This document shows, in pieces, positions 22,791 to 36,285 of a DNA stretch of 64,000 nt. The stretch's first letter is position 1. Each line of letters opens with the position of its first letter. The DNA comes from Camelus ferus (taxonomy: Eukaryota): contig NC_045705.1 in assembly GCF_009834535.1 (NCBI RefSeq), forward strand, positions 56,172,001 through 56,236,000, read 5' to 3'. A model generated the notes under the pieces. It saw only the letters and a program-made list of their open reading frames with translations. It made no database searches and had not been told where the DNA came from. Made by a program: the position numbers and the translations under genes.

Positions 22791-23929
22791 AGTGGTTAAT
22801 TAAAATAGAATTTAGCTCACAAAACCACCTTCATAAACCTTGGACCTATAATAAACCATACTGAGAAATCTCTCATGACATTAAGTCCATAACATTTGGT
22901 TTGAGAGTTCTCATTTATCTTAAAGATTTTTTCTTTAGTTTTTTAGTCAAATTATATATATATAAATATATATATATTTCTTATTCTCACTAGAATAAAT
23001 TTATTTTGAGTGGAAGAATCCTATCTCTACTGCACACTTAAGCAAATATCTTAGATAATACTTAAGAAAAAAAGCATATTATCAGCCTTAAGATTTAAAA
23101 CACAGACTATAAAGCATGAAGTTAAATCCTTTTGACTCTTGTCTTTCCATTCAAACCTGAGAGTACAATCTCTGGAAATTTAAAATTTCCATATATGTGT
23201 ATAGATATGTATATACATGTATATGCATGAGTGTATATATTCAAATATGTATATTTAAATACATTTTTGAAATATATATTTGAATATGAGATTTTCTTGG
23301 AGCTCAGTTATATACATATATGTGTATATACATGTATATGTATGTATGTATAGTATTGAATATATGTATCTCCAAATATATTTTTCAAGTCAAATTTTGA
23401 ATATGGCATTTTCTTGGAGATCATGGGCATGTAACTGATAAGTTCAATTGAAGTTAATTTTAGGACATGAGCTGAGAAACATTAGACAAAGTCATACCCT
23501 TTTTTTATTGGTTGGGAATGAAGAAGCATCTATTTCTGAGTAGTTGCTGGTAGATGTCTCAGAATCATGCGAGAGCCAGCCTTAGAATCAAGATGAGTCA
23601 CAGAATGTCAACCCTGAAATACTGAAAGGAACTTGTTCCTTGGTATCAAAAAAATAAGACCAACTTCTTAACTTGTCTGTGACAAGGAACTCAAACCATT
23701 TTTATTTTGTTTTAAGGTGAGACGAAATTCCCTTTAATGTTTAAGTAAGTAAGATCAGGTTTTTGTTTTGTTTTATTTTCTTACTTATAATTCATGATGT
23801 CTTAAAGATCACACTTAACCACATTTTTCCCTGTGAAACCTTCCTATCAGGGGCCCTTATCCCCTTGCTCTAGTTAGGGCTGCTTTTATTTAATGTGTTA
23901 TTAAGTAAGAGGTATACACAAGATATCTT

Positions 23930-24130
23930 CAAAATGCTTTTTACTTTGTTAATCTCTTTAATCCTCAAAACAGCTCTGTGACATAGATCTTAGGCTTATT
24001 TCCATTATACAGATGGAAAACTTGAGCTATAGAAAAAGTTAGCAACTTTCCTAAGGATGTACATCTAGAAAGTCACAAAGACCGAACTTGAACCCAAATG
24101 TCTGATTCCAAACTCTGTGCTATTATTCAA
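23930..24130. mobile_element. MIR
   Basis: ttaatcctcaaaacagctctgtgacatag...ccattatacagatggaaaacttgagc...gaacttgaacccaaatgtctgattccaaactctgtgct. Confidence 0.75.
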
Positions 24131-24865
24131 TATATTATACCATCTCCTTTTTCTGTTTAGTTTAATCTTGAGCCTATTTTGTTTCAATAAGCCTATAGAA
24201 GTTTCCAGAAGCATACCGTAAGGTCTTCACTTATCATGTGCTTGTAACTACAAACACACCTGAAAATATATGTATATGAGGTTGGCACTGCTTCTTCTGA
24301 GTGCCTGCTAAGGCACCTCAACCCTACCCTTCATTTCAGTGAGTGGGTCTCTCTAACCATAGTAATGGTTCTGGTTTCTTATTTTCAGAGATAGTTGGGA
24401 GGCTGAGGAGTTGATATCCACACTATCAACTAGCCTGCATGGTTCTGCTTGAACTTGCATTCTGACTCATGATGTGCGATCGTGTCTCTTTTTCATGTTC
24501 CCATTTACTGGGTGCAGAAGACAATCGCAGGCTTATTCTGATACTGCCTGCAGTCAACCTACATTGTTCCATACTATCACAATGTAGTACAAACTACGTT
24601 GTTCTGTTTTGGTCCTATTTAGAAGAGGAACCCCAGAACTTATTGCAAAGGGTTATGGGAAAATGGGTGGGAATTACTTTTATGAAGAGAATAAAAATTT
24701 CCCCATGTGAAGAAATGGATGGAATGTCCTCATTAAGCCACATGTTACTTTCTCAGCCAGCCTTCTGATTCTCACTCTGGATTTACTCCTGAGATATCAA
24801 ACACTGAATTGGAAACAACTCTGCCCCTAGGTCAGTAAAGGAGTCCTATGCATGTTGCCAAGCAG

Positions 24866-25820
24866 CTAGAAGACACTAAAATCACCTTCTCCTAAGGGCA
24901 CATCAAAATTACAACTATTTACAGAGCAACTATTTATGAGAATGACTAGCAGAAAGTACTTTCCAGAACTGAGGATAAAGAGCTCAATGAGATAGGTAGG
25001 AGGGGTGGAGATGAGGTATATAGTCAGGCAGGATTCACATCCCAGGTAGGGAACCCACAAATGTGAAGAATATCATAACCACAGTAGGTCCTCCCCAAAG
25101 AGTGAGGAGTCTAAACCCCACGTTGGACTCCCAGGCCAGGAGTTCAGCACTGGGGAGAGGAGCTCCCAGAAAGTCTGACTTTGAAAACCAGAGAGGCTTA
25201 ACTTTGGGAGAGCTGGAGGGCTATAGGAAACTGAGAATCTGCTCTTAAATGCACATATGAAATCTCACATTCTCCATGTCTCAGCATAGAGGCAGTAATT
25301 TGAAAGGAGCCTGGGTCAGGCCCACTTGCTGACCTTGAACAGCCTCCTAGAGAGGAAAGAGGCAACTGGGACTCCCCGGAGACAGGAAAGCTGGCAGCAG
25401 CTATGTTTAGGAACTCATTCAGTGGCGATGACCATGCCACTAGCAAGCAACATTTTGGAATTCTCCCTCTAGCCTGTTAGTGTCAGGCATTTTCCCTGCC
25501 CACCAGCAGGCCTTCAACAGCCACATGCCCCTGGCCAGCTGTATGTGGATCCTGCCCCGAATATCAGCAGGACTGATAAGTTAGCCAGTCGAGGAAGGCC
25601 TGTCCCAACCTCAGCAGGCCTGCAGCCACCACATGAAACAGGGCAGCACATCCAAATGGGTCAGAAGCCAGCCTTGTTTACCAGTGTGCCACAATACTTA
25701 GCACCCTTACAACAGAAATACACACAGCCCACATAAGGGGCACCCCTAGAGCATATAGTTCTAGTGATCAGAGGGGAGCATGCTCTTGAGCCCCACAGGT
25801 CATCTTCTACATAAGGTCAT
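24866..25820 (+). mobile_element. L1 5' UTR fragment (laurasiatherian L1M2-like), truncated before ORF1
   Basis: GC-richer segment with catcaaaattacaactatttacagagcaact, gtctgactttgaaaaccag and cacccctagagcatatagttct...cttctacataagg, recalled as L1 5' UTR. Confidence 0.6.
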
Positions 25821-25829
25821 TGTGTTAGT

Positions 25830-27590
25830 GAATGGAATTCTCTACATAGCAAAGATGTAAATTCTCCCCGAACTAAACTATATTTTAATTCAATTTTTAC
25901 CAAAAAATCAGCAAGTTTTTTTTGTAGACATAGACAAGATCATTGTACATTTTATATGGAAAGACACAGGTCTTTTAACAGCTAAAATATGTTGACAAAA
26001 TTAAAAAGTGAAAGGGATCAGTTTACCTGACATTAAGCTAACTACCTGCAGTAATCAAGACAATTAGCAATTATTGGAACGACAGATTCATAGATCAATG
26101 AAACAGAACAGATAACTCATAAATAGATCCACATAAATATGCTGAAATAATTTTTGACAAAGATGCAAAAGCAATTCAGTGGAAGAAGAATAAGCTTTTC
26201 AACAGATGTTGCAGGAGCACATGTAGGCAGAAAAATTAACCTTTAACTAAACCTTAAATATTATACAGAGATTAAGTCAATATGGATCATAACATAAATG
26301 TTAAATGTAAAACTATAAAATTTAGAAAATAGCAGAAGGGGAAATCTTAGAGATCTAGGCCTCGGCCAAGAGTTCTTACATTTAGCACTAGAAATATGAC
26401 TCATAAGAAGAAAAGTTGATAAATTAGATTTCATCTTTTTTTTAGAAATGGCTTTTTCCTGTGAGGAGAATGAAAAGACATCCCAAAGAGACCCCAAAAA
26501 ATTATAAATATTTCCGCTTATTTCACAAAGGATATGTAAGTAACTCAAAATCCAACAATAAGAGAAGAAACATCCCAATTAGAATATGTGCAAAATACTT
26601 GAAGAGACATTTTATTCAAGAAGATATACCAATGGCAAATAAGAAAAATAGAAGTTGTTCAACATCATTACCCTCCAGTGAAATGCAAATTAAAACACCT
26701 ATGGGATATCACTGTACATTCAGCAGAATGGCTAAAATAAAAAGTGGCAACTCCAAATGCTGGTGACCACATGAAGAATCCAGATTACAAATAGTTTGTT
26801 GGTGAGAACTAAAATCACAGCTGCTTTGGAAAAAAAGTTTGGCAGTTACTTATAAAACTATATATACAGTTACCATATGACCCAACAATCAAACACTTGG
26901 ACATTTATCCAAGAGGAATTAAAGCATATGTTCACACAAAAGCCAGTGCATGAATGTTCATAGCAGTTTGTAATAACCAAAAACTGGAGTCAGCACAGAT
27001 GTCTATCAGTAGGTGAATGGTTAAACAAATTGTGGTACATAGCACCACAGCCTATCATCAAGGAAAAATAATAGACTCTTGGTACATACAATAACCTGGA
27101 TAAACTCCCAAAGAATTATGCTGAATGATAGAAAATAACCCTTAAAAATTATACACTGGATGATTCCATTCGTATAACATTTTTGAATATAAAAAATTAT
27201 AAGTGAAGGAAAGATTAGTGGTTGCAGGGGCTAAGGTATAAGGGTTTTGATTGATTGATTACAACAATGCAGCAAGAGGGATTTTTTTCTTGGAACTGTT
27301 CATTTCTTGACAGTGGTGAATACACAATCTATACATGTGATAAAATTCCATAGACTATACATTCACGTGCATGCACACACACACACACACACACACAGTA
27401 CAAGGTTAAACTGGGGAAATCTGAGTAAGATAGATGGATTGTATCAATGTCAGTATTCTGATTATGATATTATACTACAGTTTGCCAAAATATTACCATT
27501 GAGGGAAATTGACCAAGGTATAAAAGAGATCTTCTCTTTATTACTTACAACTGCATATGAATCTATATTTACCTCAAAAAATTCATTAAC
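25830..27590 (+). mobile_element. L1MC-like ORF2 3' part and 3' UTR (degenerate)
   Basis: ORF-track peptides (LKRHFIQEDIPMANK...EMQIKT) resemble the L1 ORF2 C-terminus. The 3' UTR ggggaaatctgagtaagat...ttacaactgcatatgaatcta is L1MC-like. Confidence 0.85.
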
Positions 27591-27814
27591 AATAAATGAA
27601 ACACCATTTCCTGTTACCTATTTTCTATTTTGACTTTTCAAAATTCTCTTCAACACATTTTATAGTTTTATGTTTCCATGTGGGATAGTTTTTCTTATCC
27701 CAATGACCTCTTATTAATATTGCCTTTATTACAGCTCTGCTAACATAGTATGACCTTAGCTTTTGTGTATTTGACATTGTTTTTATTTTGAATTCAGTTT
27801 TTTCATTTTAATTT

Positions 27815-28790
27815 TTAAAATTTTCTGATAGCATTTTTAGGTATAATTGGCATACTGTAATCTTTACAAATTTTAATTCTACTATTTGAGAGGCTTTGAC
27901 ATATGTATACAAACAACCATGCAGCCATCACCACAATTAAGATTATCTGTCACATACAAACATTTTCTGATGTCCTTCTGTAATTCGTCCCACCTTTCCA
28001 CCCCTACTTTATTTATTTCCAGATCAGTCATCTATTTTCTGTCATCATACATTAGTCTAACTTTTCTACATTTTATCTGAATAATATCACAAAGTTTATA
28101 TTATTTTAAAAATATCTTTATCAAGATATAATTCATATACAATGAAATTCACCCTTTTAGTGTACAATTCAGTGGTTATTAGCGTATTCACAGAGCTGTA
28201 AAACTATTACACTATATAATTTCAAAATAGTTTCATTACCCAAAAAAGAAACCCTAACTTTGGCAGTCATTCCTTAGTGTCCCATCCCTACAACTATTAA
28301 TCTACATTCTGTCTCTGCGGATTTGCCTATTCTGGATATTTAATACAAATAGAATCATACAAATATGGCCTTTGATGTCTGATTTCTTTCACAGCATGTT
28401 TTCAAGGTCCATTCGTTTTGTAACATGTATTAGTTCATATCTCTGTTTATGCCCAAATAATATTTCGTCATATGGCTATAATGCACTTTGTTTATCCATT
28501 GATCAGTTAATGGGCATTTGGGTTGTTTCTAATTTGGGGCTATTATGAATAATGCTACTATGAACATTTATGTCCAAGTCTATTTTGTGGGCATGTTTTA
28601 AATTCTCTTGGCTATATATACCTCAGAGTGGAAATGCAAGATCATGCAGTCAGTCTATGCTTAAAATTTTGACGAACAGCCAGTGTTCTCCAAAGTGGCT
28701 AAATCATTTTACAATCCCACCACAAATTTTCAAAGATTTCAATTCTTCACATCCTCACCAATACTTGTTATTCTTTCCCCAGAAAAAAAA
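27815..28790 (-). mobile_element. Nested old L1 3' ends (L1ME-like interrupted by L1MB/MD-like)
   Basis: Two antisense 3' termini start at about 27820 and about 28110 (ctttatcaagatataattcatatac...ttcacccttttagtgtacaattcagtgg). Confidence 0.75.
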
Positions 28791-29057
28791 GAATCTTATG
28801 CTATCAAGATCCTGTGTGAAGACATGCAAATAGAGGTGACACAGCTCCCTTTCAGGACAGCCCATTAGCCTTTGAATGAGAGATTCAATGAAGTTCCCAC
28901 AAGTCTTAGAATCCATTAGTCAGCACTTAGAAACAAATCAACTTGTATTGCAATCTGGCAGCCATACATTAGAACCAGGAGATACTTGTTAAGGCAAGAA
29001 CACAAAAATCTTCCTAGAGGTATTGAAATCCTTAGTAAAAGAATGCAGCCAGGTGTC

Positions 29058-29993
29058 TTATTTCTTAATAAAGGCGCAGAGTACTCGCTCTCGTATCTGT
29101 TTGGTCCTCACACCATAGATGATGGGGTTGAGTGAAGGTGGGATAACCAAATAGAGGTTGGCAACAAGAATGTGAATGTAGCGGGGTATGCTGTGTCCAA
29201 ATCGGTGAGTGAGGAAAGAGAAGACTGAGGGGATATAGAAAACACAAATGACCCCAACATGGGAGCCACACGTGCTTAGGGCTTTTAGCCGTGCATCTTG
29301 GGATGGGAGGCGAAGGACAGCATGGAGAATATAAATATAGGAGATGCCAACAAGGACTAGGTTTAGGACAAAGAAGAAAACAACAAAGAGCCCATAAGTA
29401 CCATTGATGCGGATGTTTCCACAGGATAGTTTTGCGATACCCATGTGCTCACAGTAGGAATGAGCTATCACATGAGCCTGACAAAAGGGTAGGCGGTAGA
29501 TGAGATAGATCATGGGAAGTGTCAGCAGGACTGGACGAATTACAATGCACATGCTGATGCCCACCAGCACCCGGGATGTCAGGATGGTCATGTAGTGGAG
29601 TGGAGCACAGATTGCTACATAGCGGTCAAAGGCCATGGCCACCAGGACCTCAGCCTCCATGCCAGTGAAGGCATGGATCAGGAACATCTGGGCCACACAA
29701 GCCCCAAAGTTAATCTCATGAGCATCAAACCAGAAGATACCCAGCATGCGGGGGACAGAGGTTGTTGAAAGGGCCAAATCAATGGTTGAAAGGATGGCCA
29801 GAAAGTAGAACATAGGCTCCCGGAGGGTCTGCTCCATCTTGATGACTAACAGAATTGTGATATTGCCCAGTAAAGCCACAAGGTAAACAAAGCAGAAAGG
29901 CAGGGAGATCCAGGCATGGATCTCTTCCAGGCCTGGGATTCCAATGAGGAAAAATGTGGTTGGGTGAAAAACGCTTCTGTTGTGGTATATCAT
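29058..29993 (-). CDS. OR52J3: Olfactory receptor 52J3-like, copy B (311 aa)
   Basis: [11 protein letters not shown]...; core identical to copy A. First ATG is 29993 (the ORF track starts at TTG). Acceptor ccccatacag| at 30029/30028. Confidence 0.9.
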   Translation of the reverse strand: MIYHNRSVFHPTTFFLIGIPGLEEIHAWISLPFCFVYLVALLGNITILLVIKMEQTLREPMFYFLAILSTIDLALSTTSVPRMLGIFWFDAHEINFGACVAQMFLIHAFTGMEAEVLVAMAFDRYVAICAPLHYMTILTSRVLVGISMCIVIRPVLLTLPMIYLIYRLPFCQAHVIAHSYCEHMGIAKLSCGNIRINGTYGLFVVFFFVLNLVLVGISYIYILHAVLRLPSQDARLKALSTCGSHVGVICVFYIPSVFSFLTHRFGHSIPRYIHILVANLYLVIPPSLNPIIYGVRTKQIRERVLCAFIKK

Positions 29994-30670
29994 TCTGTTA
30001 CTAATCAAAGGAAGTGAAGCTGATCCTCCTGTATGGGGAAAAGTGAAAGAGAGAGAGAGATCAGAGGGAAAAGAATCTGGTATGTCAATTGCTGCTCACT
30101 GTTTTAGCATAGAGTCGATGTCATATTTACTATATAAATAGGCTTGTTACTAAAGGACATATATTGAATCATCCCCATAGCCATTTGATAGGCCAGGTCA
30201 AAGTGATGTTCAGAGTTTCTATTCTGCCTGCTGATTGAGCTCAAATTCTAAACATGAGACTTGCAGCAAACTCAATGCAGATTTCTAATAATTAAAGCTT
30301 GTCATTCACTATGAAAGTTATTGGAGGTGATTCTACTTTAGGAAATCCACTCTGGTGAATGACACTGGAAATATCAAGACTATATGTAGGACCAAGTTAA
30401 TACACTATAGAGACAGTCAAAAGTGTTTTAAGCAATCCATAAGGAAATAAATTATAGATCCAGGTGTATAGTTACTCACAATCAAAACCTGAATTCTTCT
30501 GGTTCCTCATTATTTACTGGCATAGAGAGACATACACAAAAACTCTCACCCAAGCCGAGTAGCCTCCCACAAACACCAAGTCAGGTTATAACAGACATAT
30601 TTTCATGTTCTCAGACAAGTGTTGGCCCCTTGAGATGCCTGGCCAGGAGCAGGGACACCCATTGTTCATG

Positions 30671-31025
30671 ACTTACAGGCTACACAGAGTATCCGTTGGA
30701 AAAGGGAAAAGGAATGTTGTGTAATGCCATTTATACTCTTTTGTTCACTATTCACATCATATGAGGTACTCTCAGAGCACCTGTGAGTTTTTCCTGTGTT
30801 AATTTCTCCACTGTTGTGAAGCCAGCACTTGCTTGGTTACTCCTCCTACCAGTTCAATATGCTGCAACTGGGTAGGTAACCCTGACAGCCTCAGGTGGTT
30901 TTGGTACTACAGGAGATATTTTTTGTAGCTCTCTGGTATAGCAGTGTCTCAATAGACAAGAATCTACTTTTGCAAGGATCTAAAGGGAGTGGAGAAAGAT
31001 CCTTGAGAAATGCTTTCCAATGCTA
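30671..31025 (-). promoter_or_regulatory. Candidate promoter/first exon of OR52J copy B
   Basis: Donor CCT|GTAAGT at 30677/30676; block homologous to 20890-21170. Confidence 0.5.
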
Positions 31026-32289
31026 CAGAATGAATCAAGCTACTCAAAATGAAGTAAAGAAAGTTACCATGGGGTATGTGTTACAGCAGTTGTAATTCAA
31101 AATAAAGCATAAAGATCCTTCCTTTTGTCTTTGCCATTGCTTCACTTTCTTATATTTTAAAAAATTCTTTGTTTTTCAATGTAGGAAACCTATATTGAAA
31201 GGTGAAAAAATAATCTCTCCATCTTTAGTGAGTTCAGTTCAATAGAGAGAGAGCAAGTGTTGCAATGTGCACTGACTCTTATTTATGTTCTATAAAAACA
31301 GGCAGCCTGGACAAATAAAACACCACTGTCTAGTAGAAAGATGATGGCCATGGCCAAGGCTTGGTGTCCCTGTTGCTTATTTTGGAGCAATACTAGGAGT
31401 CCACCTTCAACAGTGGATCCCACTAACTACATGCCTTCCTATTGCCAGAGTTTATTTTACCCAGTGCAATTGACACAAGGATATTAAATGTCTGGGATCT
31501 TTCTGAACATTTTAGAAGATAACTTATCATCATTTAAAAACATAATTTTTTTTTACCTGGTGCAGGATGGCCACATGGTCCATCCTTATCCTGCTCTGCC
31601 AATGTGTCTCTCCATTTACTGCCACAGCCATTCACCAGAAATCAGCGGCTGATTCACCTCTTTCTTCCGTATTTCTTGGCATATGCCCAGCATTTCAACA
31701 TATATTCCTCTTTCTGAGAAGTACATGGAGGGCACGTTTATATTAGATGTCTAGCACGTAGGAGAGATTTCTAAGAATACACCGCATTTTAATCCCAACT
31801 TTACACAGAGCTCTGGGATTGAGTCCTTAGGGACTGCTCACAAACTTCTAGATTCTACTCCATAAACAGAAGAGGCCAAGGGATATAGAAGCAAACTGAA
31901 GTGTAGGTAAATAAAAGTTAAAAAGTAGGTATATGACACACAGGGCTGGCATCTATACTTGATACATATGAAACCAGATATATTGTATCTCCACGTGAAT
32001 ATGAATAAGTGACCCAGTTCTGTGGGTTACTGATCTACATAGACAATAAACTCACTAATTTAATTTCAAATATTTTAACAAGTATGAAAGAAAGGCTTAT
32101 TTTTTGGCTTTGAATTTCACTATGTCTCTTTACAGACAGTTTTTTCCAAACTTTTATAACTGCTTTGAGTTTCCATAGGTATTATGACCAGTTCTGATTT
32201 AAGAATATTAAGTAATCTGTATTTTCAGTCCTTTTTCTAGATGTCCAAGTGGAGCTGATAGTGAAAGTTCTCTCTGCTCTGTTGGGTGA

Positions 32290-32568
32290 GATGTAAGAAG
32301 TGTCCCCGCTGCCTATTTATCCAATTGGTGACCATTTGTCACACCCCCTGTGCTTGCTTCATTCAGAATACTGATAGAAGCAAAGAAGAGAGAGAGGTGA
32401 AGAGAGTGACGTTTTCTAGAACTTAAGTGTGATGAAGCCCCTCAGGCTCCTGCAACTTTTACTTCATGTCTGTGAGTCATTATAATATCCCACTTAAGGA
32501 TGCTGTGTTTGCTTAAGATAATATGATTTGATTTGCTGCCACTTGCAGTGTAGTGTCTTACTAATACA
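32290..32568 (+). mobile_element. MaLR LTR (MLT1-like) 3' part
   Basis: Ends tttgcttaagat...gccacttgcag...tcttactaataca, like the MLT1 terminus. Confidence 0.55.
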
Positions 32569-33768
32569 GACTTTCTAATTGCCAGAGTTGAGTTTGAACT
32601 AAATATAGTAGTGCTTATTAGAAGGGGTTATTCATTCAGATAACTTTTAGTAAGGACCTAACTAGATCCTATCAATATACATGTGACTACTCCATTTACT
32701 TTATGATTTATGACTGCTGTTTGTGCTTGATTTTATTTTATGTCCCAAGAATGTAGAACAAGTGAACTCTATATGTATGAGAGCTTCCAGACATACTCAC
32801 AGATTCTTTGGCTTTCTTATCATAAAATATATTCATGTCTTCAAAATTTGCTGGAATTACTATGCCTTAACAAACATACAATGAACAACTTATATGTTCC
32901 AGGCACTTTGCTGGACATTGACAAAGATAGAAATTAAAAGACCCTATTTCAGTTATGACTCTATTTCATTGATGTAGAATACAGACAGTTAAGAAATAAT
33001 ACTGTTGTTTAGACCTATAATTGTCAAAAAAAAAGATATTATATAGCCTTGGTTAAGGAGCAGCTCACCCAATATGCATACTAAAGGAGGTAATTTATTA
33101 AATATGTTGCAGAAAATCAAAAATATAAATGAATGAAATATTTGCTTGTTCCTGGTTTTCACATTTAATACATACTTCACAGGAGCATTTTTATGGTTTC
33201 TTTGATTTTGCTGATGACACGTACATCCCCCTACAGCTCTCCCCACCCCAGCGCCACACACATAGCCTAGGTGTTTAGGAGATGCTGATTCTATGTGTGT
33301 ATGTGTGTACATGTGTGTGAGTGAGTGAGTGACTGTGTGATTAATTTTTTAGTTCACTTTAGTCACTGTTGACCATGTCTGAGTTATTTAGAGCCATATT
33401 TGCTTTAACCTAAATGAGCATACTAATTTTCTTTTTTTTTAAGAATAATACTTTGAAGTTTATTTAACCATAAGTAAGATAGTGTTTCCTGTGGCTGTTG
33501 TTGATATAGTCATATAGCTGGTTTTGCAGAGATAGGAAAAGGGGAAAAGAAGATGGCAAACAGAGTTATCAGCATATTATTATAATGCCAAGCCATCTAG
33601 TATGTTGTTGCTGCTAAATTAAATCAATAATTTGAAATTTGATGAGCTTGCTGTATATGCAGTACATATTTGTCTCATTCTTTATTACTTCACTGTCGCT
33701 CTCAAATCCCTACATTTGTTTCACAATTGCCAAGTGACCTGAGCATTCATTGCAGCTGAAATTTCCCA

Positions 33769-34710
33769 TCAACCTGGTTTCCCACATAATTTTGTAAGGA
33801 TCAGACTTCTAATCTGCTGACTCTTCACCGAGTACACAACGGGATTCATTAGAGGGGGAACCAGAAGGAAAGTATCAGCTATGACGACCCTAATAAGTGG
33901 GGAAACACTTTTGGCAAAGTGGTGAATAATAGCCAAGGTGACAATAGGCACATAGAAGATGAGCACAGCACAGATGTGGGAGATGCAAGTGTTGAGGACT
34001 TTGAGACAGCCCTTGTGTGAGGCAATGCTCAGAACAATTTTCAGGATCAGGACATAAGACACAGAAATACACACCAAGTCTAACATAGCCATTAGAGCCA
34101 CAAGTAATCCATAGATGATATTGACCCTGTTATCAGAGCAGGCCAGCTTCATGACATCCTGATGGAGGCAGTAGGAGTGGCATAGAAGGCTTTTCTTACA
34201 GAATTTTAGCCTCTTTAGAATAAAGGGGAAAGGAAAGACCAATAGGATACTTTTCACAGCAAATGCAAGGTCAACTTTCATGACTCTGGCACTGGTCAGA
34301 ATGGAGGTGTATCGCAGAGGGTTGTAGATAGCTATAAAGCGATCGATGGACATGATGAGAAGAACTGATGACTCCATAGTTGAGAATCCATGAATGAAAA
34401 ACTCCTGAGCAAAGCAAGCACCAGGGAAAATTCTAGTGACGTTGAACAAGAAGATTCTCAGCATGGTTGGAAGGGAGGAGATGGACAGTCCCAGATCAGA
34501 AAAGGCCAGCATGGAGAGGAAATAGTACATAGGCTCATGCAGAGAGGTCTCTGTTTCTATGAAAAAGAGGATGGTGCAGTTCCCCAAGATGGCAATGAGG
34601 TACATGAGGCACATTGGGATAGAGACCCAAATGTGAGCATGCTCCATGCCTGGGATCCCAGTCAGGAAGAAGGTAGAGATTTCCACTTCAGAGGTGTTAA
34701 AGATGGACAT
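33769..34710 (-). CDS. Olfactory receptor, OR51A subfamily (313 aa)
   Basis: Intact ORF. MSIFNTSEVEISTFFL, ACFAQEFFIHGFS, LIMSIDRF and CLHQDVMKLACSDN are OR51A-diagnostic (similar to recalled OR51A2/A4/A7). Acceptor ttgcag| at 34757/34756. Confidence 0.9.
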   Translation of the reverse strand: MSIFNTSEVEISTFFLTGIPGMEHAHIWVSIPMCLMYLIAILGNCTILFFIETETSLHEPMYYFLSMLAFSDLGLSISSLPTMLRIFLFNVTRIFPGACFAQEFFIHGFSTMESSVLLIMSIDRFIAIYNPLRYTSILTSARVMKVDLAFAVKSILLVFPFPFILKRLKFCKKSLLCHSYCLHQDVMKLACSDNRVNIIYGLLVALMAMLDLVCISVSYVLILKIVLSIASHKGCLKVLNTCISHICAVLIFYVPIVTLAIIHHFAKSVSPLIRVVIADTFLLVPPLMNPVVYSVKSQQIRSLILTKLCGKPG

Positions 34711-35149
34711 TGCTGGAATATGAGGGGCTCAGGATATAAGTCTCAGAATAGACTTCCTGCAATGGCAGAAATTGATTTGCTTAAGTGTGTATTTGTTTAG
34801 CCATTTGATCAGTGAAAATCTCATAGTTATAGTGTTCTACAATAATTCTTAGACTAAAACAAAACATTTAAAAAATATGAACAGAAGCAATATCATAACG
34901 TATATTAGTAGAATATCAAGAGAACTGTGAAAATATATTTATTCCACATATATTCCTCAATAGTTGGATATAAATATTTGAAAGGCTTTTCTTAGACTCA
35001 GTACACAGGAAGGAAATAAAATTTTCCAGCCTCTATTTCCTACATAATATTTTGTTAGGATAGTGATGCTATATGAATTTGGAAATTGTATACATTGATA
35101 TAGGTTAGGTTCAAATCAAGAATTTCACACTACAAACGCAGTTGCAGTT

Positions 35150-36285
35150 TTAATATTTAAACTTTGAGAAATTGCATTCTTTTTCAAAAATGATGATAGG
35201 AAAACTGGATTGGCATGGAAAAGAATTAATTTCAAACCCTACCTCATACCATATAAAAATAAGACATATCAAAATATTTATTTATATACAATAGCTAAAC
35301 AGTAAAACTATTTAAAAGAAACTTAGGAGTAAATCTTTGTGAATTTAGGTTAGGCAATGGATTTATATGGCACCAAAAATACACACCAAAAAAAAGAAAA
35401 AATACATAAATTAGGTTTAATCATAATTTTTAAAAGTTGTGATTCAAAAGATACCATCAAGAAAGTCAACAGACAGCCCACAGAATGAGAGAAGATATTT
35501 TCAAGTCATACATCTGGATATGCATTCAAAATTTAGAAAGAATCCTTACAAATCAGTGATGAAGATGGAAGAGATCCTCCTCATCGTTGATCATCGAGGA
35601 AATGTAAGCCAAAACCCCAGTGAGAGATCATTCCACTTCTTTAGGTTAGCTAAAATTGAAACAATAGCAAGTATTGACAAGGATCTAGAGAAAGCTGAAC
35701 ATCTGCACATTGCTGGTGGAATTATAAAATGCTGTGCAAACTCTGGAAGGCAGTTTGATAGTTCCTCAAAATGTCGAACACAGTTACCATATGACCCAGA
35801 AATTACATACTTAGATATATTGCTAAGATAATTTTTTTAATTAAGAAACAAGTCAAAACCTGTACACAGCCCAATTTTCCATCAGCTGATGTGTGAATAA
35901 ACAAACAGTTCTGCCTCCATGCAGTGGACTATTATTTGGCTATAAAAATGAATGAGTACTGATAAATGCAATAGCACAGTTGAACCTTTATAACATTATC
36001 TCAGTGAAAGAAGACAGTCACAAAATACCACACATTGCATTATTTCATCTATATAAAATGTTTAGAAGCGGCATCCATAGAGGCAGAGAGTATATCAGTG
36101 ATTTTCAGGGCCTGGGGAAAGGGATGAATCAGTAGTAGCTGCTAATGGATAAAGGATTTCTTTGGGGGTTGTTGAAAATGATGAAGATAGTTGTACAACT
36201 CTGTGAATACACTAAAACCCAAAGAACCATATAATTTAAAATCATGAATTTTATGCTATGTGAATTAAATCTCGGTAAAGTTGTT
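35150..36285 (+). mobile_element. L1MB/MC-like ORF2 end and 3' UTR (degenerate)
   Basis: aaagataccatcaagaaagtc...acagcccacagaatgagagaagatatttt...cagttaccatatgacccagaaatt...agtgaaagaagacagtcacaaaatacc. Confidence 0.8.

Noticed and set aside
26461-26766. ORF resembling a protein C-terminus (also 35439-35831)
   Set aside because: Degenerate L1 ORF2 remnants, not host genes.
31560-31695. Minus-strand ATGCTGGGCAT and GACCATGTGGCCATC resemble the OR motifs MLGI and DRYVAI at roughly the right spacing
   Set aside because: The intervening translation (MLGICQEIRKKEVNQPLISGEWLWQ*) has no OR similarity; probably chance.
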